Source: Candidatus Poribacteria bacterium (lineage in GTDB: Bacteria; Poribacteria; WGA-4E; PCPOR2b). From it: a stretch of DNA of 64,000 bases. Both the position numbers and the translations under genes were made by a program. The stretch spans positions 1,440,001-1,504,000 of the forward strand of contig OZ220744.1 in assembly GCA_965116925.1 (NCBI GenBank). Reading direction: 5' to 3'. Under the pieces are notes generated by a model. The model was not told the DNA's origin and did no database searches. It worked only from the letters and a program-made list of their open reading frames with translations. Of this stretch, positions 27,997 to 38,147 are shown piece after piece; positions within the stretch are counted from its first letter, which is position 1, and every line of letters starts with the position of its first letter.

Positions 27997-29037
27997 ATGT
28001 CGAAAAACAGAGTGGTTTTATTGGGAACGATTCTATTAGCGGCTGTGTTGATAACAACCGTACCCCATGCCGACGGACAATGGAATGTTTTACAACAGAT
28101 GGACATGGAGGATGTTCGGGACTATAATGGGGTTGCTTTTATCAGTCCAAACGAAGGTTGGGTTGTCGGTATTTCAGCATTGGATATGGACAGTCCGGGA
28201 TATATTGGCCACACCAGAGATGGAGGCAAAACGTGGGAGAAAGCGGAAGAGCCCATCAATCAGATGCTCAATGACATTTTCTTCTTCGATAAAAAAAATG
28301 GATGGGCAGTGGGCCAAGAGGGTATGATTGTTGGAACAACGGACGGCGGAAAGCGCTGGGATATCCAAACGAGCAAAGTTGGAAACTGGCTTAAAGGTGT
28401 CCACTTCGTTAGCCCCAAAATCGGCTATGCAGTTGGGATGAATGACACAATTGTTCAGACCACCAACGGAGGAAAACAGTGGAGTGTGCTTCGTGGTGGG
28501 GAGGTTGCCGCTGCTGTGGGTGACGAAGAAACGGTCGTGCTTAATGCTGTCCAGTTTATCGATGAATCTACCGGTTGGGTGACCGGGGTTAGAATTAGTC
28601 CTGAAACTGGGGGACAAGATGGTTTAGTTCAGAAAACCACCGATGGCGGAAAAACGTGGGTGGATCAACCCACAAATATCCCGGATATTCTCGAGGACAT
28701 TTGCTTCGTGGATGCCAATAACGGGTGGGCGGTTGGAGAAAACGGTATCGTCTTACACACCACAAATGGTGGCGATAGTTGGGGGCTTCAAACAACCGGG
28801 ACGGAAGAAAAGCTATTGAGCGTCAGCTTTGCCGACAGTGCTGTCGGCTGGGCAGCTGGCGGCGGGTTGGGTGTCAGTATTATCATCCACACAACTGACG
28901 GCGGAGCAACTTGGGTCACACAAACTATTGATGACCCCATCATCAGTAAGGTGCCTGCAAACGGTATTTTTCTGCTAGATGCAAACAACGTTTGGGTTAT
29001 CGGCAACAATGGTTTCGTTGTGTCATCTTCAAAGTAG
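27997..29037 (+). CDS. Secreted YCF48-like/BNR-repeat beta-propeller
   Basis: Signal peptide; repeated GWAVG..G.I.HTTDGG.TW units. Confidence 0.9.
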   Translation: MSKNRVVLLGTILLAAVLITTVPHADGQWNVLQQMDMEDVRDYNGVAFISPNEGWVVGISALDMDSPGYIGHTRDGGKTWEKAEEPINQMLNDIFFFDKKNGWAVGQEGMIVGTTDGGKRWDIQTSKVGNWLKGVHFVSPKIGYAVGMNDTIVQTTNGGKQWSVLRGGEVAAAVGDEETVVLNAVQFIDESTGWVTGVRISPETGGQDGLVQKTTDGGKTWVDQPTNIPDILEDICFVDANNGWAVGENGIVLHTTNGGDSWGLQTTGTEEKLLSVSFADSAVGWAAGGGLGVSIIIHTTDGGATWVTQTIDDPIISKVPANGIFLLDANNVWVIGNNGFVVSSSK

Positions 29038-29101
29038 AATAGATCTATTTGAACACAATCCTAAAGTTAGGAGAAACTATTTTCAAAAATTGAGGTGATA
29101 G

Positions 29102-30268
29102 ATGAATTTTGCAGATCGAATGGACCGTTTGGGAACGGAATCTGCTTTCGAGGTACTTGCCAAAGCCAAAGGACTAGAAGCGCAGGGTAAAGACATCGTC
29201 CATCTCGAAATTGGTCAGCCCGATTTCATAACCCCTGCGAATATTAGCGAGGCGGCTTTTAAGGCAATGAAGGAGGGTCACACCGGATATGGACCCTCCG
29301 CAGGTTTATTGGAGTTTCGTGAAGTTATCGCTGAACATATTTCGGAAACGCGGGGTGTAGAGATTCATCCGGATGAAGTCACTGTTACGCCTGGTGCCAA
29401 ACCTATTATCTTTTTTACCATCTTGGCACTTGTTAATGAAGGAGATGAAGTTATCTATCCTAACCCCGGATTCCCGATCTATGAATCTGTCATTGATTTT
29501 ATTGACGGGAAAGCAGTCTCCCTTCCGCTGCGTGAGGAGGTTGGTTTTCGCTTCCGGATTGAGGATCTTGAGGCTTCCATCTCGGATCGGACGAAGCTGT
29601 TGATTATCAACTCACCACAGAACCCGACAGGCGGCACGTTGGCAAAAAGTGACTTGGAAGCAATCGCTGAACTAGCGATTAAGCACAATTTCTATGTGTT
29701 GACAGACGAGGTCTACTCGCGAATCCTTTATGAGGGTGTCCATGATAGCCTCATCAGTCTGCCGGGCATGAAGGAGCGAACGATTCTGCTTGAGGGGCAC
29801 TCCAAAACCTATGCTATGACCGGCTGGCGGCTGGGTTATGGGATAGCTCCTACGGAACTAGCGGATAAAATCACACAGTTGACTATAAACTCTAACTCGT
29901 GCACCGCGACTTTCACGCAATTTGCAGGGATTGAGGCGCTGAAGGGACCGCAAGATTTTGTCCACGAAATGGTTACTGAGTTCAGAAAACGGCGTGACGC
30001 GATTGTTGACGGTCTCAATGCAATTGAGGGTGTGAGCTGCATTAAACCCCTTGGCGCATTCTACGTATTCCCGAATGTTTCAGAACTGCCTCTTTCTTGC
30101 CAAGACCTATCGGACTACCTGCTTGAAGACGCAGGGGTTGCAGTTCTGCCCGGCACCGCCTTTGGTAAATTTGGCGACGGCTACTTGAGATTGTCGTATG
30201 CAAACTCGCTGGAAAATATTCAGGAAGCCTTAGCCCGGATGGATTCAGCAATTTCACGGATTCGGTAG
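29102..30268 (+). CDS. Class I PLP aminotransferase (aspartate aminotransferase-like)
   Basis: NSPQNPTG, DEVY, SKTYAMTGWRLG. Confidence 0.9.
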   Translation: MNFADRMDRLGTESAFEVLAKAKGLEAQGKDIVHLEIGQPDFITPANISEAAFKAMKEGHTGYGPSAGLLEFREVIAEHISETRGVEIHPDEVTVTPGAKPIIFFTILALVNEGDEVIYPNPGFPIYESVIDFIDGKAVSLPLREEVGFRFRIEDLEASISDRTKLLIINSPQNPTGGTLAKSDLEAIAELAIKHNFYVLTDEVYSRILYEGVHDSLISLPGMKERTILLEGHSKTYAMTGWRLGYGIAPTELADKITQLTINSNSCTATFTQFAGIEALKGPQDFVHEMVTEFRKRRDAIVDGLNAIEGVSCIKPLGAFYVFPNVSELPLSCQDLSDYLLEDAGVAVLPGTAFGKFGDGYLRLSYANSLENIQEALARMDSAISRIR

Positions 30269-31183
30269 ATGTCCAACAAAGCAACCGCTCGTGTTCCAGC
30301 GAGCACTACAAACTTAGGCCCGGGTTTTGATGTCCTTGGACTTGCCCTCCAACTCTATAGCACGATTTCGCTTGAAGAAATTGACGAGGGAATCGAGATT
30401 GAGGTCACCGGCATCGATGTAGATAAGCTCTCCAACGATGAGAGCAATATTGCTTACCGAGCCGCAAGTCTGGTTTTCGACAAGTGTAGGTATAAGCCGA
30501 AAGGGCTGCGATTGGTTCTAACAAATGGCATTCCCGCAATTCGGGGATTGGGTGGTAGCGGCACAGCAATACTCGGTGGGTTGTTGACAGCAAATGCCTT
30601 ATGCAATAGCCCTTTTTCCCGCGCTGAATTACTCGATTTTGCAACGGAGTTTGAAGGGCATCCGGATAATGTTGCTGCATCACTGCTAGGTGGCTTGGTT
30701 ATATCTATGATGCAGGGGAGTCGTGTACATTCAATCCAATTGGACTGTGGTTTAGATCTGCGGGTTGTTGTGGCAATCCCCGACTTTTCGTTGTCAACCA
30801 AAGCAGCTCGCAGTGTTTTACCTCAAACAGTCGATTTCGCTGATGCCATCCACAATGTGAGCCGCTCCTCGATGTTAGTCGCAGCCATTGCAACAGGCAA
30901 ACTCGAAATGTTATCGCTTGCGATGGCGGATCGACTCCATCAACCGTACCGAACCGCTCTCATCCCCGGATTTGACGATGTGGCTGCATCCGCTATGGCT
31001 GCAGGCGCGTTAAGTGTGGCTCTGAGTGGTGCAGGTCCCAGCATTGCAGCCTACTGCACAACATCAGCAGATGAAATCGGTTCACAGATGAGCCAAGCCT
31101 TCAAGCGAAATCAAATTGCTTGCGACATTAAGGTTCTACCCATCGATTCCATCGGGGCAACTGTCCAGATGAATGGAATCTAA
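30269..31183 (+). CDS. thrB: Homoserine kinase
   Basis: VPASTTNLGPGFD, EGHPDNV, DRLHQPYR, SGAGPS. Confidence 0.95.
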   Translation: MSNKATARVPASTTNLGPGFDVLGLALQLYSTISLEEIDEGIEIEVTGIDVDKLSNDESNIAYRAASLVFDKCRYKPKGLRLVLTNGIPAIRGLGGSGTAILGGLLTANALCNSPFSRAELLDFATEFEGHPDNVAASLLGGLVISMMQGSRVHSIQLDCGLDLRVVVAIPDFSLSTKAARSVLPQTVDFADAIHNVSRSSMLVAAIATGKLEMLSLAMADRLHQPYRTALIPGFDDVAASAMAAGALSVALSGAGPSIAAYCTTSADEIGSQMSQAFKRNQIACDIKVLPIDSIGATVQMNGI

Positions 31184-31305
31184 GCATCTGAAATCCGTTT
31201 TTTTATATTCCTAACAACTTCGCCGCTTATCCCCTCCTACCCTCTATTTTTCTGTTTCGTTCATTATTGACTGTGCGTTGTAAAATGTAAGGGAGCGAAC
31301 AAACG

Positions 31306-32601
31306 ATGAATACAGACACCGCAAAAATCTATGCGAAGGGCGGCAGGGGCGGAAATGGCTGCATCAGCTTTCGTCGAGAAAAGTTTGTGCCACGCGGTGG
31401 TCCCAATGGCGGTGATGGTGGACGCGGCGGTAGCGTTATTTTGGAAGTTGCCGAGGGAATAAGTACGCTTATTGATTTTCGATATAACCCCCATCAGGTT
31501 GCGGAGAATGGGCAGCATGGCATGGGTAAACTGATGCACGGATCGGATGCCGAAGATCGCGTGGTCAAGGTCCCAGCAGGTACAATTATACGGAGTCCAG
31601 AGACAGAGGAGATTATTGCTGACCTGAAAGGGATGGGACAGCGTACAGTTATTGCCCGTGGTGGGATCGGTGGCAAAGGGAATGCGCGGTTTAAGAGCAG
31701 CACGTTCCAAACCCCGCGTGTTGCTGAGAAGGGGGAGCCGGGGGAGGAGCGTACCGTCACGCTAGAGGTGAAGTTGATCGCGGATGTTGGCTTGGTCGGC
31801 TATCCGAACGGAGGTAAGTCAACACTGCTCGCCCGAACCTCGGCTGCAAAGCCGAAGATTGCGGACTACCCCTTCACAACGCTGACCCCCAACCTAGGTG
31901 TCGTCCGAGTTGATCCAGAACACAACTTTGTGCTTGCCGATATTCCGGGTCTTATTGAGGGGGCGCACGAAGGCGCCGGGCTGGGACATGACTTTTTGCG
32001 GCATATTGAGCGCACGAAGATGCTTCTCCACATCATTGATGCTGCCGCCGTCGATGGACGCGATCCAATCACCGATTACGAACAGATTAATACAGAACTC
32101 GAACGATATAATCCCCGTTTAATCCGCCTGCCACAGTTAATTGTCCTCAATAAAATCGACCTTCCTGATGCTCAGACCAATTTGCAGCAAGTCAAAGATT
32201 ATTTCGGAAAACGTCGTGTCTTTCCAATCTCTGCGGTTACCGGCGAAGGAATAGACCGACTCATCAGAGCAGCCTATCAGCTTTTGCAGCGGATAAATGA
32301 ACGTATCCGCGAACGCCAAGAAACTGTGGAACCGCAACCGACCTTCTACCTCCCCAAGCCTAGCGAGCGATTTGAACTCATCACGCGGGCAGATCGTTTT
32401 ATTGTGCGTGGCGAGGAACCGCGTCGCGCCGTTCTCATGACCGATATGGAAAATGATCAGGCACTGGTTCTCCTCCATCGAAAACTGAAAAAAATGGGCG
32501 TCCTGAATGCGCTCATCAAAGCTGGTATCACGGCAGGCGATACTGTTCAAGTCGATACCTTTGAATTTACGTTCAGCCCTGATGAAATCAACACAAATTG
32601 A
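31306..32601 (+). CDS. obgE: GTPase Obg/CgtA
   Basis: FRREKFVPRGGPNGGDGG, GYPNGGKS, YPFTT, DIPG, NKID. Confidence 0.97.
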   Translation: MNTDTAKIYAKGGRGGNGCISFRREKFVPRGGPNGGDGGRGGSVILEVAEGISTLIDFRYNPHQVAENGQHGMGKLMHGSDAEDRVVKVPAGTIIRSPETEEIIADLKGMGQRTVIARGGIGGKGNARFKSSTFQTPRVAEKGEPGEERTVTLEVKLIADVGLVGYPNGGKSTLLARTSAAKPKIADYPFTTLTPNLGVVRVDPEHNFVLADIPGLIEGAHEGAGLGHDFLRHIERTKMLLHIIDAAAVDGRDPITDYEQINTELERYNPRLIRLPQLIVLNKIDLPDAQTNLQQVKDYFGKRRVFPISAVTGEGIDRLIRAAYQLLQRINERIRERQETVEPQPTFYLPKPSERFELITRADRFIVRGEEPRRAVLMTDMENDQALVLLHRKLKKMGVLNALIKAGITAGDTVQVDTFEFTFSPDEINTN

Positions 32602-33730
32602 ACCTCGTCAACTGTTAGCACGTACTCGACGCGTTGTCGTGAAGGTTGGCAGCACAACCGTTTCAAAGAACTTCGATCTTGATTCCGATCGTCTAGATGC
32701 CTTGGTACAAGATCTTGCCTTGGTAAAACAAAGGGGTAAAGAGATTATCCTCGTTACCTCTGGTGCGATCGCTGCGGGTACGGGCAGATTGGGGCTCACG
32801 CAACGCCCGCAAACACTCCCCGGATTGCAGGCAGCGGCATCGGTCGGACAGACTCGCTTGATGCACGCTTATGAGCATCGGTTTTCGCAATACAACCAGA
32901 TTACAGGGACGATGCTGCTGACGCAGGATGACTTCAATTTCCGCGAACGCTATACACATATGAGCAATACATTACGTGCTCTTCTGCGGCTTGGCGTCCT
33001 TCCCATCATCAACGAAAATGATACTGTAGCGGTAGAGGAGATTAAGGTTGGCGACAACGATACGTTAGCGGCATATGTAACGAATCTCGCAGAAGCGGAC
33101 CTGCTAATTATCTTGTCGGATCAGGATGGGTTTTATACCGCAGATCCCCGCAGAGACCCGGACGCCAAATTAATTAGCCTTGTTTATGACGTTACTGATG
33201 AACTCAAACGTTCAGCCGGAAATGCGGGCAGCCAGAGCGGCACCGGGGGTATGGCTACAAAACTACACGCTGCTGAAATTGTGACCGGATCAGGTGAGAT
33301 GATGGTGCTTGCAAATGGCACCGAACCCCAAATCATTAACCGAATTTTAGCGGGTGAAAAGGTCGGGACCCTCTTCCTCCCACAGGAGCGGATGTCAGGA
33401 CGGAAACGCTGGATTGCCTATTCACGCCCTCCGAAAGGTCGTCTGTTTGTAGACAACGGTGCACGTCGTGCTTTGGTCCATCACGGTAGAAGCCTACTCC
33501 CCTCCGGGATTCAGCGAGTAGAGGGAAACTTCAATCACGGGGACACTGTCTCTTGTCAAGACGAAGACGGTGTCGAACTCGCCAGAGGACTTGTTAATTA
33601 TAACACTCACGATTTGAAACGGATTATGGGCAAACAGACCAGCGAAATTGAAAAGGTTCTCGGCTACTACTATTATAACGAAGTGATTCATCGGGATAAT
33701 TTGGTTGTGATGCACAGGGTTGAAACGTGA
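32582..33730 (+). CDS. proB: Glutamate 5-kinase with PUA domain
   Basis: VVKVGS, INENDTV, GDNDTL, GTGGMATK. Confidence 0.95.
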   Translation: MKSTQIEPRQLLARTRRVVVKVGSTTVSKNFDLDSDRLDALVQDLALVKQRGKEIILVTSGAIAAGTGRLGLTQRPQTLPGLQAAASVGQTRLMHAYEHRFSQYNQITGTMLLTQDDFNFRERYTHMSNTLRALLRLGVLPIINENDTVAVEEIKVGDNDTLAAYVTNLAEADLLIILSDQDGFYTADPRRDPDAKLISLVYDVTDELKRSAGNAGSQSGTGGMATKLHAAEIVTGSGEMMVLANGTEPQIINRILAGEKVGTLFLPQERMSGRKRWIAYSRPPKGRLFVDNGARRALVHHGRSLLPSGIQRVEGNFNHGDTVSCQDEDGVELARGLVNYNTHDLKRIMGKQTSEIEKVLGYYYYNEVIHRDNLVVMHRVET

Positions 33731-33804
33731 GAAGCGTATGACACTCAATCCAGAATATCCGACAGCAACAAAGCCAACCGTGATAGTGGAGGAGGAATAG
33801 GACA

Positions 33805-33841
33805 AAAAACGGGCTTCAAAGATTAAATCTCTGAAGCCCGT
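33805..33841. terminator. Hairpin terminator between proB and the peroxiredoxin
   Basis: A-run then ACGGGCTTCA...TGAAGCCCGT (T-run on minus strand). Confidence 0.75.
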
Positions 33842-33881
33842 CGATTACTGCTGTATTTCAGATTGGATTTGAAATACCGAT

Positions 33882-34349
33882 TTAGCTTAATTTATCAAGT
33901 TCACTCAGTACCTGATTCACGGCAAGGGTGTTGTCCGGTGGTGCATCTTCGACGTGCTTGAAAGCGATATTGCCTTCTGTATCAATGATGATAACACCGC
34001 GGTTCGTGATGCCGACCTCTTCAAGTGCCATCCCAAACTGTTTTGATACTTCAAGATTCATGTCGGCAAGGAGTGGGAACTTAACGCCGCCCAGATCCTC
34101 GCTCCACGCTTTATGTGCAAACGCTGAATCACGGTTTATCGCAATAATCTCAGCATTTTTTGCGCGAATCTCATCAACCTTTTCATTAAAATCGGGAATC
34201 TGTTCAGAGCAAACCGGCGAGAAGTCGAGCGGATAAAATATCACCACTAGATTCTTCCCTTTGAAGTTGTCTAGAGAAACCTCTGTGTCCTCGGAACCGA
34301 GAGTGCCTGTCAGTGTAAAATCAGGTGCAGCACTTCCTACATTTGCCAT
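33882..34349 (-). CDS. Peroxiredoxin (AhpC/AhpE-like, single Cys)
   Basis: FYPLDFSPVC, FPLLAD. Confidence 0.9.
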   Translation of the reverse strand: MANVGSAAPDFTLTGTLGSEDTEVSLDNFKGKNLVVIFYPLDFSPVCSEQIPDFNEKVDEIRAKNAEIIAINRDSAFAHKAWSEDLGGVKFPLLADMNLEVSKQFGMALEEVGITNRGVIIIDTEGNIAFKHVEDAPPDNTLAVNQVLSELDKLS

Positions 34350-34464
34350 ATAAGCAACCTCCTTCTAAACATTTGATGTTGTGGTTCAATAGTTGGTACA
34401 GTTATATTTGCAGCGCAAAGTCTATCACAAATTCATAGAAGTGTCAAGTGGAGAGTCAGGCTAT

Positions 34465-34587
34465 TAGGGGCATTTAGTTTTTGGTTTTTTGACCGGTTTT
34501 GGAACGACCCGAACCCGTAGGCGGGGCATCTTGCCCCGCCGTTGCATTAACCAAGACATCGAGCTACGGAAGAATTAAATGACCCTA
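34465..34587. mobile_element. 123-bp MITE with 9-bp target-site duplication and internal GTAG hairpin
   Basis: TAGGGGCATTTAGTT / AATTAAATGACCCTA; TCAGGCTAT at 34456-34464 and 34588-34596; internal GTAG-GCGGGGCA-TCT-TGCCCCGC. Confidence 0.85.
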
Positions 34588-34663
34588 TCAGGCTATAAAT
34601 ACTTGAACTTTCGCAAGATAGAGGTAGGACAGATAAATTGTTTGCAGGTTATGTTTTTCGTGC

Positions 34664-34939
34664 TCATCCCTTGTTGATGAGCCACCGCCGCCATCGATGC
34701 CACATCAATTTTCGTTTGAGGATTTTCACATGGATCCGATGCACAAACAGCTGTTTCCCTTCCAATTCAAGCACGGGAATTAGCTCTTTATATTTTGTGA
34801 ATAGCCCCAAGTTCGCCGTGATGTCAATTTCTTCGATTTGGATTGGACACTGCGCTGCAAGTAGTTCAAGTGATTCCTTCGCTTCATCGCAAAGCGGGCA
34901 ATCCGCTTTCGTGTAAAGTTGGAGTTTGATTTTATCCAT
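34664..34939 (-). CDS. Glutaredoxin-like protein (DUF836 type)
   Basis: LYTKADCPLCDEA...EEIDIT...IPVL. Confidence 0.85.
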   Translation of the reverse strand: MDKIKLQLYTKADCPLCDEAKESLELLAAQCPIQIEEIDITANLGLFTKYKELIPVLELEGKQLFVHRIHVKILKRKLMWHRWRRWLINKG

Positions 34940-35061
34940 TAGTTGGATCCCTCAGATTTTATGGCGGTGTATTGGGCTGATTGAGCGATGGGCGGATAGG
35001 CAGCAATCGGATACATCTCTATTTTCGCAGAAGTATGTTTCAGCGTCAAACCTTTTTAGCG

Positions 35062-35182
35062 TCGGGCTATTCAGTTTTCGGCTTTTTAACCCTTTTGTTT
35101 GAAAAACCACAACCGGGAAATCGTACCTACAGTGAGGTGTCGGGATTCGGCGATCCCTCCTACAGTAAAACTAAATGCCCTA
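35062..35182. mobile_element. Degenerate MITE related to 34465-34587
   Basis: GGGCTATTCAGTTTT / AAAACTAAATGCCCTA; internal hairpin-CTAC (GGGATTCGGCGATCCCTCCTAC). Confidence 0.6.
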
Positions 35183-35201
35183 ATTTTTACATCATTCTGG
35201 C

Positions 35202-35230
35202 TTGACATGCGGGCTGCCATGCAGTATAAT
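35202..35230 (+). promoter_or_regulatory. Consensus sigma70 promoter of argF-thrC-livGF
   Basis: TTGACA-17-TATAAT. Confidence 0.85.
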
Positions 35231-35260
35231 CAGGGCTTTCAAACTTTTGGGAGATCTATC

Positions 35261-36175
35261 ATGAATCTTGTTTCACTAAAAAACTGGTCTACAGAGGATA
35301 TTATTGAGGTTGTTGAGGGCAGCATCGCAATCAAAAACAATCCAGAACGATATGCGGATACTACCAGTCGGCGTAGTCTCGCTATGCTATTCCAGAAGAC
35401 CTCAACCCGAACCCGCTGTGCTGGGGAAGTCGGTATGACTCAATTGGGTGGCCATGCAGTTTATCTGGATTGGCGTACCACTAATTTCGCGCTTGCTGAC
35501 TTACGCGATGAAATTCGTGTGCTATCGGCTTACTCAGACCTTATTCTCGCTCGTTTTCTCAAACATACGGATGTCGCCAAGGCAGCCGGGAGCGCGACGG
35601 TTCCAGTTATCAACGGGTGCTGCGACCGTTATCATCCGACACAAGCACTCGGTGACTTGATGACCATACAGGAAAAATTTGGACGTATTGAAGGGATTAA
35701 ACTCACTTACATTGGAGTGCACAATAACGTATGCAATTCATTGATTACTGCCGGGCTAAAGGTGGGAATGGAAGTAACTGTCGTTGCGCCGGAGATGAAT
35801 CCTGCAGCTGTTGATGAGGAGCTTTATGAAGCAGCACGTAGAGCAGGCACTTATAAAACATCAGATCAGCTCCACCAAGCGATTGCACATAGCGACATTG
35901 TGTATACGGACACATGGGTTGATATGGAGTTTTTCACGGATCCAGCGTTTAAGGAGGAGAAGGAACGACGCATTAAGACACTTTCCCCGTATCAGTTGAA
36001 CGCAGAGTTACTCGCAGGGCAGGATGTTCTCGTTATGCACTGTTTGCCCGCCCACCGTGGTTATGAGATTTCCGGTGAAATTGTTGAAGACCCAAGATCG
36101 ATTATGTTCGATCAATCGGAGAACCGACTCCATAGTATGAAGGGATTAATACTGAAACTGTTGGGAGGCCTATGA
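35261..36175 (+). CDS. argF: Ornithine carbamoyltransferase
   Basis: FQKTSTRTR, HPTQ, MHCLP, ENRLH. Confidence 0.85.
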   Translation: MNLVSLKNWSTEDIIEVVEGSIAIKNNPERYADTTSRRSLAMLFQKTSTRTRCAGEVGMTQLGGHAVYLDWRTTNFALADLRDEIRVLSAYSDLILARFLKHTDVAKAAGSATVPVINGCCDRYHPTQALGDLMTIQEKFGRIEGIKLTYIGVHNNVCNSLITAGLKVGMEVTVVAPEMNPAAVDEELYEAARRAGTYKTSDQLHQAIAHSDIVYTDTWVDMEFFTDPAFKEEKERRIKTLSPYQLNAELLAGQDVLVMHCLPAHRGYEISGEIVEDPRSIMFDQSENRLHSMKGLILKLLGGL

Positions 36176-37320
36176 GTTATTTCACTCATCTCGAATGCAG
36201 CCGTTGCGCCCAAACCTATGATCTCAACGTTCCACAGAACTTGTGCACGAAGTGCGGCAAACCGCTATTTTCGCGTTATGCGTTGGATAAGATCGCTCAA
36301 ACTTGGGATAAATCTTCCCTTTTGGAACGTGAGGCATCAATGTGGCGATATGCTGAACTCCTTCCTGTGATTGACTCATGCAATATTGTTTCCCTCAATG
36401 AGCCAATGACGCCGCTCCTACCAGCACAACGGCTCGCCGCCTTTTTTGGAATTGGAGCGTTGTGGGTGAAAGATGAGTCCCGTCTACCGACCGGCAGTTT
36501 TAAGGCACGCGGATTGGCAATGGCAGTTTCCAAAGCCAAAGAGCTCGGTTTGACCAAACTCGCGATCCCGTCTGCCGGTAATGCGGCGACTGCCCTATCT
36601 AGCTACGCTGCCCAAGCGGGCATGGAGGCGTATATCTTTATGCCTCAAGATGCTCCCCCGTTTAATCGTAACACTTGTCAACTGGCGGGCGCAGATGTTA
36701 CGCTTATTGACGGATTGATTACGGATGCGGGAAAAGTCGTTGCCGAGCGTAAGGAAGATGAAGGGTGGTTTGATGTTTCAACGCTCAAAGAGCCGTATCG
36801 CGTTGAGGGGAAGAAGACGATGGGGCTTGAGATTGCGGAACAGTTCAATTGGGAGCTTCCTGATGCTATCATCTACCCGACAGGTGGAGGTACGGGGATC
36901 GTCGGAATGTGGAAGGTATTTCAGGAGTTGGAAACTATCGGATGGATTGACGAAAAACGTCCGCGTATGATCTCTGTACAATCAGCGGGCTGCGCTCCAA
37001 TCGTCAAAGCGTGGCAGGAGGGTGCAGCTGAAGCCGAGTCGTGGTCAAACGCGCAGACAACCGCAGCAGGCTTGCGGGTGCCACAGGCTGTCGGTGATTT
37101 TCTGATTCTTGATGCTATCTATCAGAGCGGTGGGGCTGCAGTCGCTGTCAGCGATGATGAGATACGAGAGGCGATGGGGACCTTGGCGGCGCATGAAGGT
37201 ATTCTCGCTTGCCTTGAAGGCGCGGCAACGGTTGCCGGACTTCGCAAGCTGGTGGAGGCGGGGGAAATCCAACCCAAAGACAGAGTGGTGTTATTCAACA
37301 CAGGTGGGTATCAGGTGTAA
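36172..37320 (+). CDS. thrC: Threonine synthase
   Basis: PTGSFKARG, SAGNA, EGKKT, PTGGG. Confidence 0.85.
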   Translation: MSYFTHLECSRCAQTYDLNVPQNLCTKCGKPLFSRYALDKIAQTWDKSSLLEREASMWRYAELLPVIDSCNIVSLNEPMTPLLPAQRLAAFFGIGALWVKDESRLPTGSFKARGLAMAVSKAKELGLTKLAIPSAGNAATALSSYAAQAGMEAYIFMPQDAPPFNRNTCQLAGADVTLIDGLITDAGKVVAERKEDEGWFDVSTLKEPYRVEGKKTMGLEIAEQFNWELPDAIIYPTGGGTGIVGMWKVFQELETIGWIDEKRPRMISVQSAGCAPIVKAWQEGAAEAESWSNAQTTAAGLRVPQAVGDFLILDAIYQSGGAAVAVSDDEIREAMGTLAAHEGILACLEGAATVAGLRKLVEAGEIQPKDRVVLFNTGGYQV

Positions 37321-37361
37321 ATCCTCCTGTCAACTTTTTATTCTACATATAAATAAAAACT

Positions 37362-38147
37362 ATGGACACAACAGCACCAATTCTTGAAATTACCAACCTG
37401 AGCAAGCATTTTGGTGGCGTGACCGCCGTGTCAAATGTCGATATATCTGTGCACCAAGGGCAGATCGCCAGTCTCATTGGTCCTAACGGTGCCGGAAAAA
37501 CGACACTTTTTAACTGTATCACAGGGCTGGAGCCTCCAACCGAAGGGAGTGTCAAGTTTCAAAATCGAAATATTGTTGGTTTGCGTCCGGATCAGATTGC
37601 GGAAATTGGAATGGCGCGGACATTTCAAAACATCCGCCTATTTTCTGAACTGACGGTTTTGGATAATGTGAAAATCGGCAGGCACTGCCGGTCAAAAAGC
37701 CGCCTCTGGAACTCAATCAGTCGTAACCAAAAACAGCGTCAAGAAGAATCTCACATTACGTCATATGCGTTTCAACAACTCAGTTTCGTTGGGTTGGATG
37801 GATTTAGGGACCAACTCGCCGGCAATCTTTCCTATGGAGATCAGCGGCGGGTTGAAATTGCGCGGGCGTTAGCGATGGGACCAGCACTGCTGCTTTTGGA
37901 TGAACCCGCGGCGGGAATGAACCCACAGGAAACACAACAGTTGATAGAGCTTATCCATGCCATCCGTGAACAAGGAATCACGATTCTGCTGATCGAACAT
38001 GACATGAAACTGGTCATGGAAATCTCAGAATGGGTCACTGTAATCGCGCAGGGTGAAAAGATTAGTGCCGGCGAGCCGGAAGCCGTCCAAAACGATGAGC
38101 GTGTTATCAAAGCATACCTTGGGGAATCTTACGATGCTCAAACTTAA
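37362..38147 (+). CDS. livG: Branched-chain amino acid ABC ATPase LivG
   Basis: GPNGAGKT, RTFQN, LSYG, DEPAAG, IEHDM, AYLG. Confidence 0.9.
   Translation: MDTTAPILEITNLSKHFGGVTAVSNVDISVHQGQIASLIGPNGAGKTTLFNCITGLEPPTEGSVKFQNRNIVGLRPDQIAEIGMARTFQNIRLFSELTVLDNVKIGRHCRSKSRLWNSISRNQKQRQEESHITSYAFQQLSFVGLDGFRDQLAGNLSYGDQRRVEIARALAMGPALLLLDEPAAGMNPQETQQLIELIHAIREQGITILLIEHDMKLVMEISEWVTVIAQGEKISAGEPEAVQNDERVIKAYLGESYDAQT

Noticed and set aside
27131..28106. Short minus-strand ORFs 27131-27316, 27683-28057, 27918-28106
   Set aside because: They lie in repeat or promoter DNA, or antisense to the YCF48-like gene, and show no transposase similarity
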